Shown: positions 38,947-51,928 of the stretch, piece after piece
Numbering within the stretch: the first letter of the stretch is position 1
How the letters are laid out: each line of letters starts with the position of its first letter
Assembly: GCA_951406725.2 (NCBI GenBank)
Contig: OX597827.1
Coordinates: 72,106,001 to 72,170,000, forward strand
DNA length: 64,000 nucleotides
Source of the DNA: Octopus vulgaris
Lineage: Eukaryota
Direction: 5' to 3'
Position numbers and translations under genes: made by a program
The notes under the pieces: model-generated
What the model was told of the DNA's origin: nothing
Seen by the model: the letters and a program-made list of their open reading frames with translations, nothing else
Database searches by the model: none

Positions 38947-39278
38947 CTTCTGTCTCTTTCACTCACATCTTTCTACCCTACCACCACCACCACCACCACT
39001 TTTAGTTTCATATAAGAATGGTATTCTTGATGGCGTTTGTTTAATCATTACTGGCACCATTATTACAGACCTAATTATCATCCACATAAAAAAAAATGTT
39101 CAGATATTATTATAATTAATATGACTTCATTTGAGAGTCTCTGAGAGAAGAAAGCCATTAGACACTCACAACAATGGAACAGATAAGTGAATGCAGGACA
39201 GACTGTGATGAGCATTAAGTATGCCAGCAAAGAATAAAAGAAAGCCTTTCATATACTGGTCACGTGTAGATATAGCTT

Positions 39279-39890
39279 TAAATAGCAGCTGATATACTCA
39301 TTATGTACATGTATTCTGTCAAATAGCATCTGATATACTGCTCAGTTGTATATGTGTTCTGTCAAATAGCAGCTGATATACTGCTCACTTGTATATGTGT
39401 TCTGTCAAATAGCATCTGATGTACTGCTCAATTGTATATGTGTTCTGTCAAATAGCAGCTATGTACTGCTCAATTGTATATGTGTTCTGTCAAATAGTAG
39501 CTGATGTACTGCTCAATTGTATATGTGTTCTGTCAAATAGCATCTGATGTACTGCTCAATTGTATATGTGTTCTGTCAAATAGCATCTGATATACTACTA
39601 AATTGTATATGTGTTCTGTCAAATAGCATTTGATATACTGCTCAGTTGTATATGTGTTCTGTCAAATAGCATCTGATATACTGCTCAATTTTATATGTGT
39701 TCTGTCAAATAGCAGCTGATATACTGCTCAATTGTATATGTGTTCTGTCAAATAGCATTTGATATACTGCGCAGTTGTATATGTGTTCTGTCAAATAGCA
39801 ACATATATAGTGCTGCATGCATTCTGTCAAATAGTAGCTAATATACTGGTCAGTTGTGTACATGATCTGTCAAATAGCAGCTGATATACT
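39279..39890. repeat. 43-bp minisatellite, about 14 copies
   Basis: CTGTCAAATAGCA(T/G)CTGAT(A/G)TACTGCTCAATTGTATATGTGTT; GTCAAATAG starts at 39318, 39361, 39404, 39447 and so on to 39869. Confidence 0.95.
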
Positions 39891-40464
39891 GGCTGTGTAC
39901 ATTGTACTTTGAAACAGTGGATTTCCACTGCTTTGATGAAGGGTCAGCGAGGTGCAGCTGCACAGTGTTATGAAAAAAGTGTGATGGTTTTGTGCTGATG
40001 TTTTTATTTGATGAACATTTTGCACAATGAATATCATTATAAGGAAATGTTTTGTGCTGAGCCAAAGAGCTAGTCCTACTCTCTCATCCTTCAGGTTTGT
40101 ATTGACCTGGTGCAAGAAGGGCCACAAATCTGGTAGTTATCTGGGGCACAGGATTTGTGTGAAGTTATGTTCTAAGGAGTTGAAGGGCCTCATTTTTCCC
40201 TGAGTTCATTGGTGTGTCTATAGGTGACCTTCTTCTAGAACTAAGTCTATGACATGCTAATTTACCCACAGCTGAGACTCTGACAGGTATCAGAGAAGAT
40301 GTACATTGGGAATACTGGTGACTAAGTGGTGATCCCGTACCCCTCAAATCTCTGGAACTCCCAAACCAAGGTCCCACTACCGATGTGGTTTAAAGTTATA
40401 CCTAGGACAAACATGCACTGCCAAATAACTAGTGTATTGGTACTTACTTGTATATGGTCAAAAG

Positions 40465-40770
40465 GAGGCGCAATGGCCCAGTGGTTAGGGCAGCGGACTT
40501 GCGGTCGGAGGGTCACGGTTTCGATTCCCAGACCGGGCGTTGTGTGTGTTTATTGAGTGAAAACACCTAACGCTCCATGAGGCTCCGGCAGGGGGTGGTG
40601 GTGACCCCTGTTGTACTCTTTCGCCCCAACTTTCTCTCACTCTTTCTTCTTGCTTCTTGAGTAACGCTGCGATGGACTGGCGTCCCGTCCAGCTGGGGGG
40701 AACGCATGTGCCATAGAAACCAGGAAACCAGGCCCATGAGCCTGACTAGGCTTGAAAAGGGTGCAAAAAA
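40465..40770 (+). mobile_element. tRNA-derived SINE family D (head GGAGGCGCAATGGCCCAGTGGTTAGGGCAGCGGAC)
   Basis: Same head at about 17085, 29413 and 58548. Confidence 0.75.
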
Positions 40771-41664
40771 AATGGTCAGATAGAAGCACTTGTATATTAT
40801 ATGTAGTTTGGGCCCCAGTCAACTCTTGTCAAAAGATCTATGATCAAAGAGAGATCTGGGTTTTTGAGTAAGCTACAATGGTACTCAGTTTGGTGGAGCA
40901 GAAACTGTTGTAGTAGCAGTAGAGGAAACAGATATTGGACACAGCATGTCAGTTGGGCTAGATGTTCAATTGTAAGTGAGCCATGACCTAGCATTTATGG
41001 CCAGTTTTGTCACCATCTTGTCATATTTTTTTTCTCCCAATGTTATATATTTAACACTACATTATCCAATGTATCCATCCTTTCTAAGATGCTGGGGGGG
41101 GGGGGGGTGTATGATTCGAAGGATGTTTGGCTACTCTTTTTAGCTGAACAGTGAACAGGAGGAGTGGCTGTGTGGTAAGTAGCTTGCTTACTAAACACAT
41201 GGCTCCGGGTTCAGTCCCACTGCATGGCACTTTGGGCAAGTGTCTTCTACTATAGCCTCGGGCCGACCAAAGCCTTGTGAGTGGATTTGGTAGACAGAAA
41301 CTGAAAGAAGCCCGTCGTATATATATATATATATATGTGTGTGTGTATATTTTTCTGTGTCTGTATTTGTCCCCCCAACATCTCTTGACAACCGATGCTG
41401 GTGTGTTTGCTTCCCTGTAACTTAGCGGTTCGGCAAAAGACACTGATAGACTAAGTACTAGGCTTACAAAGAATTAAGCCCTGGGGTCGATTTGCTTGAC
41501 TAAAGGCGGTGCTCCAGCATGGCCACAGTCAAATGACTGAAACAAGTAAAAGAGTAAAGAGAGTGCAGAGGTCTCCTTGTTGGTTTATCTGTTGGATTGT
41601 AGTTGTTGAGTGTTGGTTCTTGAAGACTTGTTGGTCTTTATATCAATACAGCTAAGAATAGTTA

Positions 41665-41886
41665 GTGCGTAGTTGTAGTAGTAGTAGTTGTAATAGTAGT
41701 AGTTGTAATAGTAGTAGTAGTAGTAGTGGTAATAGTAGTGGTAGTAGTAGTGGTAGTGGTAATAGTAGTAGAGTAGTGGTAGTAGTGGCAGTGGTAGTAG
41801 TTGTAGTAGTAGTGGTAGTAATAGTAGTAGTAGTAGTAGTAGTAATGGTGGTATAGTAGTAGTTGTAGTAGTAGTGATGTTGGTAA

Positions 41887-41924
<38 letters not shown>

Positions 41925-42103
41925 ATGGTGGTATAGTAGTAGTAGTAGTGGGTAGTAGTGGCAGTGGTAGTAGTTGTAGTAGTAGTGGTAGTAGTAGTAG
42001 TAGTAGTAGTAGTGATAGTAGTGGCAGTGGTAGTAGTTGTAGTAGTAGTGATGTTGGTAGTAGTAGTAGTAGTAATGGTGGTATAGTAGTAGTAGTAATA
42101 GTC

Positions 42104-42138
<35 letters not shown>

Positions 42139-42240
42139 TGTGGTAATAGTAGTGGTGGTGGTGGTGGTAGTAGTAGTAGTAGTGGTGGTGGTAATAGTAG
42201 TAATAGTAGTAGTAGTAGTAGTAGTAGTAGTTGCAATAAC
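41665..42240. repeat. Long imperfect (TAG/GTA)n trinucleotide microsatellite
   Basis: About 575 bp of GTA repeats interrupted by GTG/ATA/TTG. Confidence 0.95.
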
Positions 42241-42923
42241 AACACTGACATTGAAACATTTCGTTGCAGTCAGAAACGTTCTTCGGTTTCATTATTATTT
42301 CTCATGAGGGTTATTTTATCCTTTTACTGCAGAAATCGGAGATATACTCTCAAATATTCAACATCCGCAACTGTAGAAAGCAGTTTTTATATACCAATCT
42401 ATTCTTTTGTCAAAGAATGTCATGTTAGAAACTATCCTCAGTTGAAATATGTCAAGTTTATTGGGGTAACGTGACTTGCAGAAAATACCAATTCAGTTTT
42501 TTTTTGGTAGATGTTTAACATTATTACAAGAATAAACATGAAACTTAATTTTTCAGTTGAAGGGTTAATGTCCATTTTTGCCTTGCTAGCATGTATTAGA
42601 TGAGGAATTATTTTATAGATTGATATATATATATATATATACTACAAAATTAGAGAATGGAGAAACATACTTAAATCAATAAAACATCAACTATCCGATT
42701 ATCTATAATTGAGTAGTTGAATGAATTATCTTATTATGGATAATTCGGTTAACCGATACCTCGGTAGCAAATTCACGTCAGAAAAACACGGTTGAAGCTA
42801 CATGCCTAGGGCAGAGATCACGTGCTATTGTGTGGAAATTTGTGTGTTTTTTTAAATACAAATAAATGAAAGAATGGAGTTGAACGAAGAAATTAGCAAA
42901 ATTCCTCTATATAAGTTCCTTGC

Positions 42924-43006
42924 TTTTCCTGATGAGAAGGCGGCATAATGCACCCCTTATTCCTTCGAAATTAGGAATATGCAGCCTTCGAAACATATGT
43001 CGAAAA
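42924..43006 (+). ncRNA. Type I hammerhead ribozyme motif, family 2, sense strand of HTT intron 2
   Basis: TTTTC-CTGATGA(42929-42935)-GAAGGC.GGCATA...TATGCA.GCCTTC-GAAA(42990-42993)-C-ATAT-G-TC|GAAAA, predicted cut after 43001. Enclosed by ~55-bp inverted arms 42856-42910 and 43011-43065. Confidence 0.8.
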
Positions 43007-43735
43007 TAAAATAGAGGAATTTTGTTAATTTAGTTGTTCAACTCCATTCTTTTATTTATTTGTATATATATATATATATATAATACTGCAGTAGAAAGTA
43101 GTGGCTGTGTGGTAAGTAGCTTGCTTACGAACCACATGGTTCCAGGTTCAGTCCCACTGGGTGGCACCTTGGGTAAGTGTTTCTACTATAGCCTCGGGGC
43201 GACCAAAGTGGATTTAGTAGACAGAAACTGAAAGAAGCCTGTCATATGTATGTATACGTATGTGTGTGTGTGTGTCTGTGTTTGTCCCCCCAACATTGCT
43301 TGACAACCGATGCTGGTGTGTTTACGTCCCCGTAACTTTAGTGGTTCGGTAAAAGAGACCGATAGAATAAGTACTAAGCTTACAAAGAATTAAGTCCTGG
43401 GGTTGATTTGCTCGACTAAAGGTGGTGCTCCAGCATGGCAGTTTATAAAATTATCTTACTCCTTTATTTGTTTCAGTCATTTGACTGTGGCCATGCTGGA
43501 GCACCACATTTAGTCAAGCAAATCGACCCCAGGGCTTAATTCTTTGTAAGCCTAATACTTATTCTATCGGTCTCTTTTACCGAACCACTAAGTTACGGGG
43601 ACGTAAACACACCAGCATCGGTTGTGTTAGTCTCGTTTGAAACTATTTTTCATTGAGATACATCAAGTTCATTCTGGTAGCTGGCTTGCAGAAAACGAAC
43701 CAATGGTAGATATTTAACATCATTACTGGAATAAC

Positions 43736-44003
43736 CAAGGCTGTGGAGTTGAAGCAAAAAAACTTTGACTCCGACTCTGATTCCTCTTTATGTAATTAAG
43801 TGATTATGGTCTGCTTATCTCATAAAGCATATGCATATGCTAGTATTTTGAGCAGGCCTCTATGTTAGAACTGGTTTATATTAAAGAATAAAGATATTGT
43901 GAGTCGGAATCAGAGTTGGTATAGTTTTACCAATTCTGACTCTAGTTACCCCTTAATTGTGTTTGGTTTCGTCTCCACAACCTGACTCCGTCTCCACAGC
44001 CCT
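43736..44003. mobile_element. hAT-like MITE
   Basis: Termini CAAGGCTGTGGAGT and TCTCCACAGCCCTG with internal GACTCCGACTC repeats. Confidence 0.45.
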
Positions 44004-44311
44004 GGGAATAACCATGAAATTTGATTTTGCAGTTAAAGGGTTTACGTCCATTTTTGCCATGCTAGCATGTGTTAGATGAAGAGTTGTGTTGCAGTTTGTG
44101 GAAAGCAGTTTTATAAACCAGTCTGTCTTTTGTTTAACCATGTCATGCTTAAAACTGTTTTTCATTGAGAGATATCAAGTTTATCAAAGGCAATGTGACT
44201 TGCAAAAAATACCAATTCTGTTTTTTTTTGGTAGATATTTAACATTATTACTGTGTTAACTATGAAATCTAATTTCACAGTTGAAGACTGTGAAATTAAA
44301 GATCAAGACTG

Positions 44312-44446
44312 GATGGTTGCACCAGGCTCCAGTCTTGATCTGGCAGAGTTTCTACAGCTGGATACCCTTCCTAATGGTTGGCATTAGGAAGGGCATCCAG
44401 CTGTAGAAACTCTGCCAGATCAAGACTGGAGCCTGGTGCAGCCATC
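44312..44446. repeat. Hairpin from inverted duplication within an RTE-tail element (65-bp arms, 5-nt loop)
   Basis: 44312-44376 is the reverse complement of 44382-44446 with 2 differences. Confidence 0.9.
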
Positions 44447-44557
44447 TGGTTGCCAACCCATACTAGCCTGGAAAACGGACGTTAAATGATGATGATGATG
44501 ATGATGAAGAATTAAACTTGCTAACCTTGTTTTATTTTTTTCTTCTTCTCTCTGCAG

Positions 44558-44678
44558 ATCTATAGCAGATTTTCCTAAGTTCCTTGGAATAGCTATGGAA
44601 ACATTTCTAATGCTCTGTGATGATCCTGAAGCTGATATTCGCATGGTTGCTGATGAATGCCTCAATAAAACAATTAAG
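44558..44678 (+). CDS. HTT: Huntingtin coding exon 3
   Basis: [40 protein letters not shown] (human: [33 protein letters not shown]). 121 nt, AG/GT. Confidence 0.97.
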
Positions 44679-46671
44679 GTAAACATCCCCCAAAAATTTT
44701 ATTTGTTTATTTCATAGGAAGTGATCATCTACGTTTGAGAATTTCAAAGACAAATTGTTGTTCGTTAGAGCCAAGGCAGCATTAATGAGACAGACCTATA
44801 ATCAAAGGCATTCCAGACTTGATCAAGTCTTTTTTTTTTTTTTTTTTTTTTTTCCAGACATACTGTACCTAGAACTAAAATACTCCAACATGTTCTCTTT
44901 TCCCTTGTTAATTGAGCTCTGACTAATCATTATGCCAAAGTGAGAATCTGGACTCTGTGAATGGGCTGATGTGACCTTTGTGGAATTATTACAACCTGTT
45001 GGTGCAGGCTTGGCTGTGTGGTTAAGAAGCTTACTTTGCATTCCAAATGGCTCTGGGTTCAGTCCTGCTATGTGACACAGTGATAGGAAATTTCACTGTA
45101 AACATTTTTGTCTGCGGATAATTTACCATAAGAAATTTCATTTTAAATGACATCATCAAGTTTGTTTAACGTTTGACAATGAATAATACTTGTCTACTTA
45201 ATGCTTTTTATTCGGGTATTATTCAATGTCAAACATTAAAAAATAAACCTGAAAACTTGTCTATTTAATGCTTTTATGTGAAGGCGCATGGCTCAGTGGT
45301 TAGAGCATCAAGCTGATGATTATGAGTTTGTGAGTTCGATTCCTGGACCAGGCTGTGTGTTGTGTTCTTGAGCAAGATACTTTATTTCATTTCGTCCTAG
45401 TTCACTCAGTTGTAGAAATGAGTTGCAACATCACTGGTGCCAATCTGTATCAGCCTTTGCTTTCCCCTTGGATAACATCTGTGGCGTGGAGAGGATAGTC
45501 TGGTATGTATGGGCGACTGCTGGTCTTCCATAAACAACCTTGCTCAGACTTGTACCGAGGAGGGGAACTTTCTAGGTGCAATCTCATGGTCAGTCATGAC
45601 TGAATTGGGTCTTTACCCTTTAGTTAACAGTTCATTAAAATCTTTTATTATTCCTTTTTTTATTTTATTTCAAAAATGCTGACATAATACGGTTTATCAT
45701 TGTCCATATGGTAAATTCATCTCACAACAAATTTTCCTCGACAGAGCCTGGTGCAGCCTCCTGACTTGCCAGTCCTCAGTCAAACTGTCCAACCCATGCC
45801 AGTGTGGAAAGTGGACGTTAGACAATGATGATGGTGATGAGGATGAGTGACATTTCTTATGGCAAATTTTCTGGACATGACATGGCACCTTGGGCCGATG
45901 TCTTCCACTATAGCCCTAAGCCAACTGATGTCTTATGAGTAAACTTGGTAAATGGAAACTGTGTGGAAGCATGTTGTATATAAAATGTGTGTGTGTGTGT
46001 GTCTTTGTGCTTGTGTTTTCTCCTTCCTCCACAGCTGACGATTGGTGTGCGTTTGTTTACATTCCCGTAACTTCACAGTCCAGCAAAAGAAACAAATATA
46101 TTAAGTGCCAGACTTAAGTACTGGGGTCATTTTGTTTGACTAAACTCTTCAAGGATGTGTCCTTGCAAGGCCAAACTCTAATAACTGAAACAAGTAAAAG
46201 ATAAAAATAATAAAAAAAAAAAAAAGAGACTGATCTTAGGACTTCAATATTCCAATATGTCCTACTTTCCTGTGTTAACTGAGCTCCAAGCTAATCCTTA
46301 CCCTCATAGAAGTATTTAGATTCTCTAACCAGGTTGATGTGACCTTTGTGAAATTATCACAATATATCACTCTCTATCTTGCTGTCTTTTAGTCGCCTCT
46401 TACACCATGCAGGGAATATAGCGACTGAATTCTACTGACCACCCCATCCCAGTCGCAGGGGATTTTGCTAGTTAACGAATAGCTGGGACCCTTACAGATG
46501 CTACCGCTCTGGGCCAGAATAGACCTGGGAACAATAGTGGCTAAGAGGTGCTTCCACATTCCTCAAACCCTGAAACCAGGGCCCCAGGGTCCTACTACCA
46601 GATGTAGTTTATAGTCATAGCCAGGTCTTGTGGGTACCCGCTCCTAAAAAAAAAATGGGGAATAGGCCTGG

Positions 46672-46713
<42 letters not shown>

Positions 46714-49700
46714 AAATTAAAGAAGGAAAATGCACACACTTTACATAGTTTTAATATATTTTGTATTGTGTTTGTCAACCGGTTTTGCTTTAGCTATTCA
46801 TGACATTAAAATTTATTTAAATATGTATTTTCTTAAGAAAAACATTTCTGCAGAAGTGACTCCATATATTTACATGCCATACAGTTAAAGAGAAAAAATT
46901 ATTGATATTAGTCATTACTCATTTTGCCACAGTTTAGACATCAGTTTATGAAAATTGAGAATTGTCAGATTAGATGTTAGTATGGAAAAAAATTGACTCG
47001 GAATCCAACAGAGAAAAGAATTTGGATTGTTTAACATGAAAAATTATCTAGATATCTTATTAGCAACCTCAAAAACAATTGGGTCAAAGTCAAAGAAAAA
47101 TTTATTGAAAAAAAGGACCTGTTACCCAATTGTTTCAAGCTATCTCAACTGCAATAGCAACTATGGTGGAAAATGTTTACTCCAAAAGAATATGCAAGAG
47201 TATAAAATGGCAATACAATGCTTGCAAATAAATAGTAAATAAAATAGTAAAGAAATAAAAAACAAATAATAAAGAAATAACAAAAAAATTGGTAATTACT
47301 CATTTTACCCCACTCCCCTGTTTGACAAAATGAAAAATGTTGAAAACAAAGGAAGAAAAAGATTTGATTTAATGAAAAACATGTGAGCATAAAAGCAATA
47401 ATTCCAAAGCTGAAAAATAAAAAAATGCTTTGGGCTGTTGAGTGATGCAATTTAATAATTAAAACTAAATTCGAAATTTAAATTTTGGAACATATTCATT
47501 ACTTACCTGCTTTTCTGTAAAGTAAGAGCAGTTTTCAATGCCTCACTGAAATAATGAAGTTCACAATGGCAATATGTGTGTATGCATGCGTGCATATTTG
47601 TGTGTGTGTGTCTTTATTTGCAAGTGGTCAATCTAAGGTCACTGCTCAGTCATGTGTTCAAAGAAGGAATTTAAACTAGAGACAATAACTAACTTCTTTC
47701 TATCAATCTCTTTATCTATCTTGAGCATAATCCTATGAACCTGGAAAAATTGAAAACAGAGAGTTACTTACTTGCAAATAAATGACCGAGGTTACTGTGG
47801 TCTTTTCTGTAGGCTTTTCTTTCTAGGGATAAACCTTATCTGCTTCCCCCTTTACACTTTACATCATGACATTTCTGTGATACACGATCCCTGTTGAGCG
47901 TTTTTTTTTCTTTTCTTTTTCTTTTTTTTCTTCTCCTTTCTATGATCCTTTTTGATCGAAAACCTACCCCACTTTTTTTTTCTCCCCAAAAAGAAAAGCT
48001 CTACTTTGTAATTTGTCCCATCTGTGTCCAGCCCTCTGTGGCTAATAAAGAAACATATCTTTATATACATTCATACTGTGTTTCATACACACACACTCAC
48101 AGATATACATTTTTAGGAGTGTTTTGTTGTTTCCTAATATCTGTCAATGTCCTTGAAGCAGCTACAATTAATCCCCCAAAAGAATTGGAGCTGCTTTGGT
48201 ACTTGGGTAGCAAAGTGTTTTTTAATTGAATGAATTGATGTCATTGATGTTGTTAAAACTAGGGTTATTAATAAAAAAAGACGGTCTGTGACATTTTTTT
48301 AAGATATGTTTGTTTATTGAAAGAGAGCCTCTGCATGCAAGATTGCTGGGAGGGGGAGGAACACTCTGTATTGAGTGCTACACATCCTTCATAGCAGGCG
48401 TGGGTGCCCGGGACAATTGCCCCCTTTGACCACCTATTAATTCAGCCCTAATCATCATAATCATCACCATCACCACCGCTATCATCACCATTACCATCAT
48501 CATCACCATTATAATCATCATCATCATCATCATCATCGTCTCCACCACCACCACCACCACCACCATCATCATCACTGTCATCATCATGATCACCATCACC
48601 ACTTTCACCACCGTTTTCACCATCATCATCATCAGCCGTTTAAGAATTTGGACCTGGAGATCTCCATTTACAGCGACTTCGAGAGCCACCTCCCATTGGT
48701 GTCGGGCGACAACGAAGAGCCCTCGACTACAAGATGGCCAAAGTTTTTTTTTTTCCAAGGTCTGGGGGTCTCCCGCCCCTAAGCCCTAGACCATCACCTA
48801 ATTACCCTTACCCATCTTGTTGCTTAACAACAACAACAATCATCATCATCATCAACAAGATCTAAGTGTTTCATTTTCCATACTTGCATGGATCGGAAGG
48901 AATTCTTCGAGGTAGACTTTCTACATTTGTATGCTCTTCTTTCCTTGTTTCTAAGCAAGATACTGATTCCATAACTCCCTGATTCCATCAAGCAACAAAC
49001 AGCCCAGACATGGTTACAAGTCTTTTTTTGTTAACGATGGCTGCACATGTCAAGACATGTCAAGAGTCCAGGTTATTCTTCCACGGTTGACTGCAAGCAC
49101 AGGACACCAGCTGTGTTTGATTGCGAGGCTGTTGTTTTGTTTACAGTCAACAAACGCAAGATTGACAAGGTGAAAATACTAACCACAAACATCCGCTGGA
49201 ACTCAAATGAGAAACCCACACACACAAACATATATAAGCATGCACATGCATGCACACCCACATACACATACAAACATACAAAATACAAAAGAATAAGCAC
49301 ACATACACACACACACATAGACATACACACACACACATAGACATACACACACACACATAGACATACACAGAGACACAGACACACACACACAGACATACAC
49401 ACACACACAGACACACACACACACACACACACACTGGATTTTTTTCAGTTGCTGCCTCCCAATTTCACTTGCAAGTTATAGGTCGGCCCTTAGCCATAGT
49501 ATAAAACCTCAGTCAACATTCACACAGTAGGGCCCAAAACCCCCAAAATACATGGTGCCAAGGTAAACCTGCTTACCACCCAGCCGCATCTTTGTACTAA
49601 CGACGAGTCCAAAGTATTGATTCTTTCACTAGCAAGTACAATGCTGTCCCTATCGTCGACATTGCCTGTGGCTGTCTTCCCAACCCTCCCCTCCACCAGT

Positions 49701-50471
49701 TTTAGTGTGATTGGTTATCTTCTTTCATTGCATATATTTATTAGCTTTCAACTCAGCATCATTTTTTTTTTGTTCTTTATTGGATCTACTTCATAGTCCT
49801 GTCGACATATTTTAAGCTTCGTTTACTTCTACTATACATTTGTTCCAAATTGTGGCCCAAAGCCAGCAAATTTGAGAAAGGAGCCAAGTCGATTAGATCG
49901 ATCCCAGTGCAAAACTAGGACTTATCTTATTGGCCCTGAATGGATGAAAGGCAAAGTAGACCTCGGTGGAGTTTCAGATCAGGAGTGCACAACTAGGACT
50001 TATCTTATTGACCCTGAATCGATGAAAGGCAAAGTAGACCTTGGTGGAGTTTGAAATCAGGACATAAAAACAGACGAAATGCCACTAAGCATTTTGCCCA
50101 GCATGCTAACAGTTCTGCCAGCTTGTTGCCTTAAACTTCCTCTGGATATTATCACCATCACTCTCCTTCTTCATTACCGTCTTCGTCATCTCCATCATCA
50201 TCATCATCACTATCATCGCCCAGCTATTGTTCTTTCACCCTTTTACTTATTTCAGTCATTTGACTGCAGCCATGCTGGAGCATCTTCTTGAAGGCTCTTT
50301 GGTCAAACAAGTCAACTCCAAGACTTATTTTTTCAAGCCTTGTTATTATTTTATTGGTATCTTTTGCTGAACTGTTAAGTTACAGGGACATAAACACACC
50401 AACACCGGTTGCCAATCAGTGAAGGAGGACAAACACAAATATAAAGACACTCACACATATACATACATACA

Positions 50472-50489
<18 letters not shown>

Positions 50490-50507
<18 letters not shown>

Positions 50508-50535
50508 TATATATACACACAAATATAAATATATG

Positions 50536-50567
<32 letters not shown>

Positions 50568-50584
50568 CAAATATAAATATATGC

Positions 50585-50625
<41 letters not shown>

Positions 50626-50640
50626 AATATAAATATATGC

Positions 50641-50681
<41 letters not shown>

Positions 50682-50740
50682 CACAAATATAAATATATGC
50701 ATATATACATATATGTACATACTTACACATATATGTATAT
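50490..50740. repeat. AT-rich minisatellite (ACACAAATATAAATATATGCATATATACAT(AT)n), about 4 units
   Basis: Direct reading of the sequence. Confidence 0.85.
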
Positions 50741-51788
50741 ATACATGCATATATGGGTACAGGACATCAAAAAATGTAGACACAATGAGAAAACGAAAAC
50801 ATAAAAACAAAAACATAGAAAATGAACTTTTTTTCGAACAACAAAAAAACAAAAACAAATGGAGAAACGAGACATGTAACATAAAGAACATTCCCCTTCA
50901 TCAGTTGTTCCTGTTTCATCTTCTCCGCATTGTGAAGGTAAGGACAAAACGCGACTTTGTTGAAACAGTCCTTCCTGCAAGGCAAATTAAAAAAATTTGG
51001 GATTTTTTGCGGAGGGTGAATGTGGTAACAAAAACAGGACAGTGAGAACAAGACAGTAAAAACAGACGGTGAGGGCTGTTAAGCCAAGACGATGTGAAAA
51101 AATTATTATTATGAATGATAGAAAGACAAGCTATGAGAAGAGACAGGTGAAAGCATGTCTTGTCTTTACGAAGGAAGTGAAAGAAAGATCGCCTTTTGTA
51201 ACGTGTCAGCAACGAGAGTCTAGGAGGAAGAGTGAAAGAGACAGAAAACGGTGATGGTGAGAGGAGGAGAATAGGGAAAGGGAGGGACAGAAAGGAAGAG
51301 CAAGAGAAGGAGATAGATAGACAGAGAAGAGGTAGAAGAGATACGGTTTGTTTCTACAACGATACATTAAGGACCCTTATTTATGAGAACTACTGGATCA
51401 CTTGAATCCATATACCGTGACTTAAATATTTATAAGAGTGGAAGAGATAGAAGTAGATAGAAGAGTGTGCATTGTAATTATTAAGATAAAACTTACTTGG
51501 AAAAGGATGCGTGGTGTATATACATGACAGGGTTCTGTGTTTCAGTTTCTGTCTGCCAAGTCAACCAAATCCACTTACAAGGATTTGGTTGGCCCAAGAC
51601 TGTAGTAGAAAATACTTGCCCAAGGTGCCATGCATTCTATACGGTCTGTTTGTACAACGATACATTAAGGACCCTTATTTATGAGAACTACTGGATCACT
51701 TGAATCCATATACCGTGGCTTAAATATTTATAAGATATATACACCAACAAACAATTCTCATCTTGTTTTTCTGTTCCTTTCTTTCCAG

Positions 51789-51928
51789 ACTTTGTTAGAA
51801 ACAAACTTGGGCCGTTTACAGGTGGAACTGTACAAAGAGATCAAGAAAAATGGACCATCTCGAAGTCTTAGAGGAGCACTTTGGAGATTTGCAGATATGT
51901 GCCATTTGATACGTCCTCAGAAATGCAG
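51789..51928 (+). CDS. HTT: Huntingtin coding exon 4
   Basis: [46 protein letters not shown](R). 140 nt, AG/GT. Confidence 0.97.

Noticed and set aside
39279-39890. Regular repeat array resembling CRISPR
   Set aside because: Contiguous tandem units with no unique spacers, in eukaryotic intronic DNA, with no cas genes.
41585-42307. ORFs with poly-Y/T/L/S/V runs
   Set aside because: Translations of the (TAG)n microsatellite.
50860-50960. CTGATGAA on the minus strand; also partial cores near 3415-3455, 22030-22050 and 29840-29880
   Set aside because: No matching GAAA plus closing stems could be folded, so they were not called as hammerheads; they may be decayed relatives.
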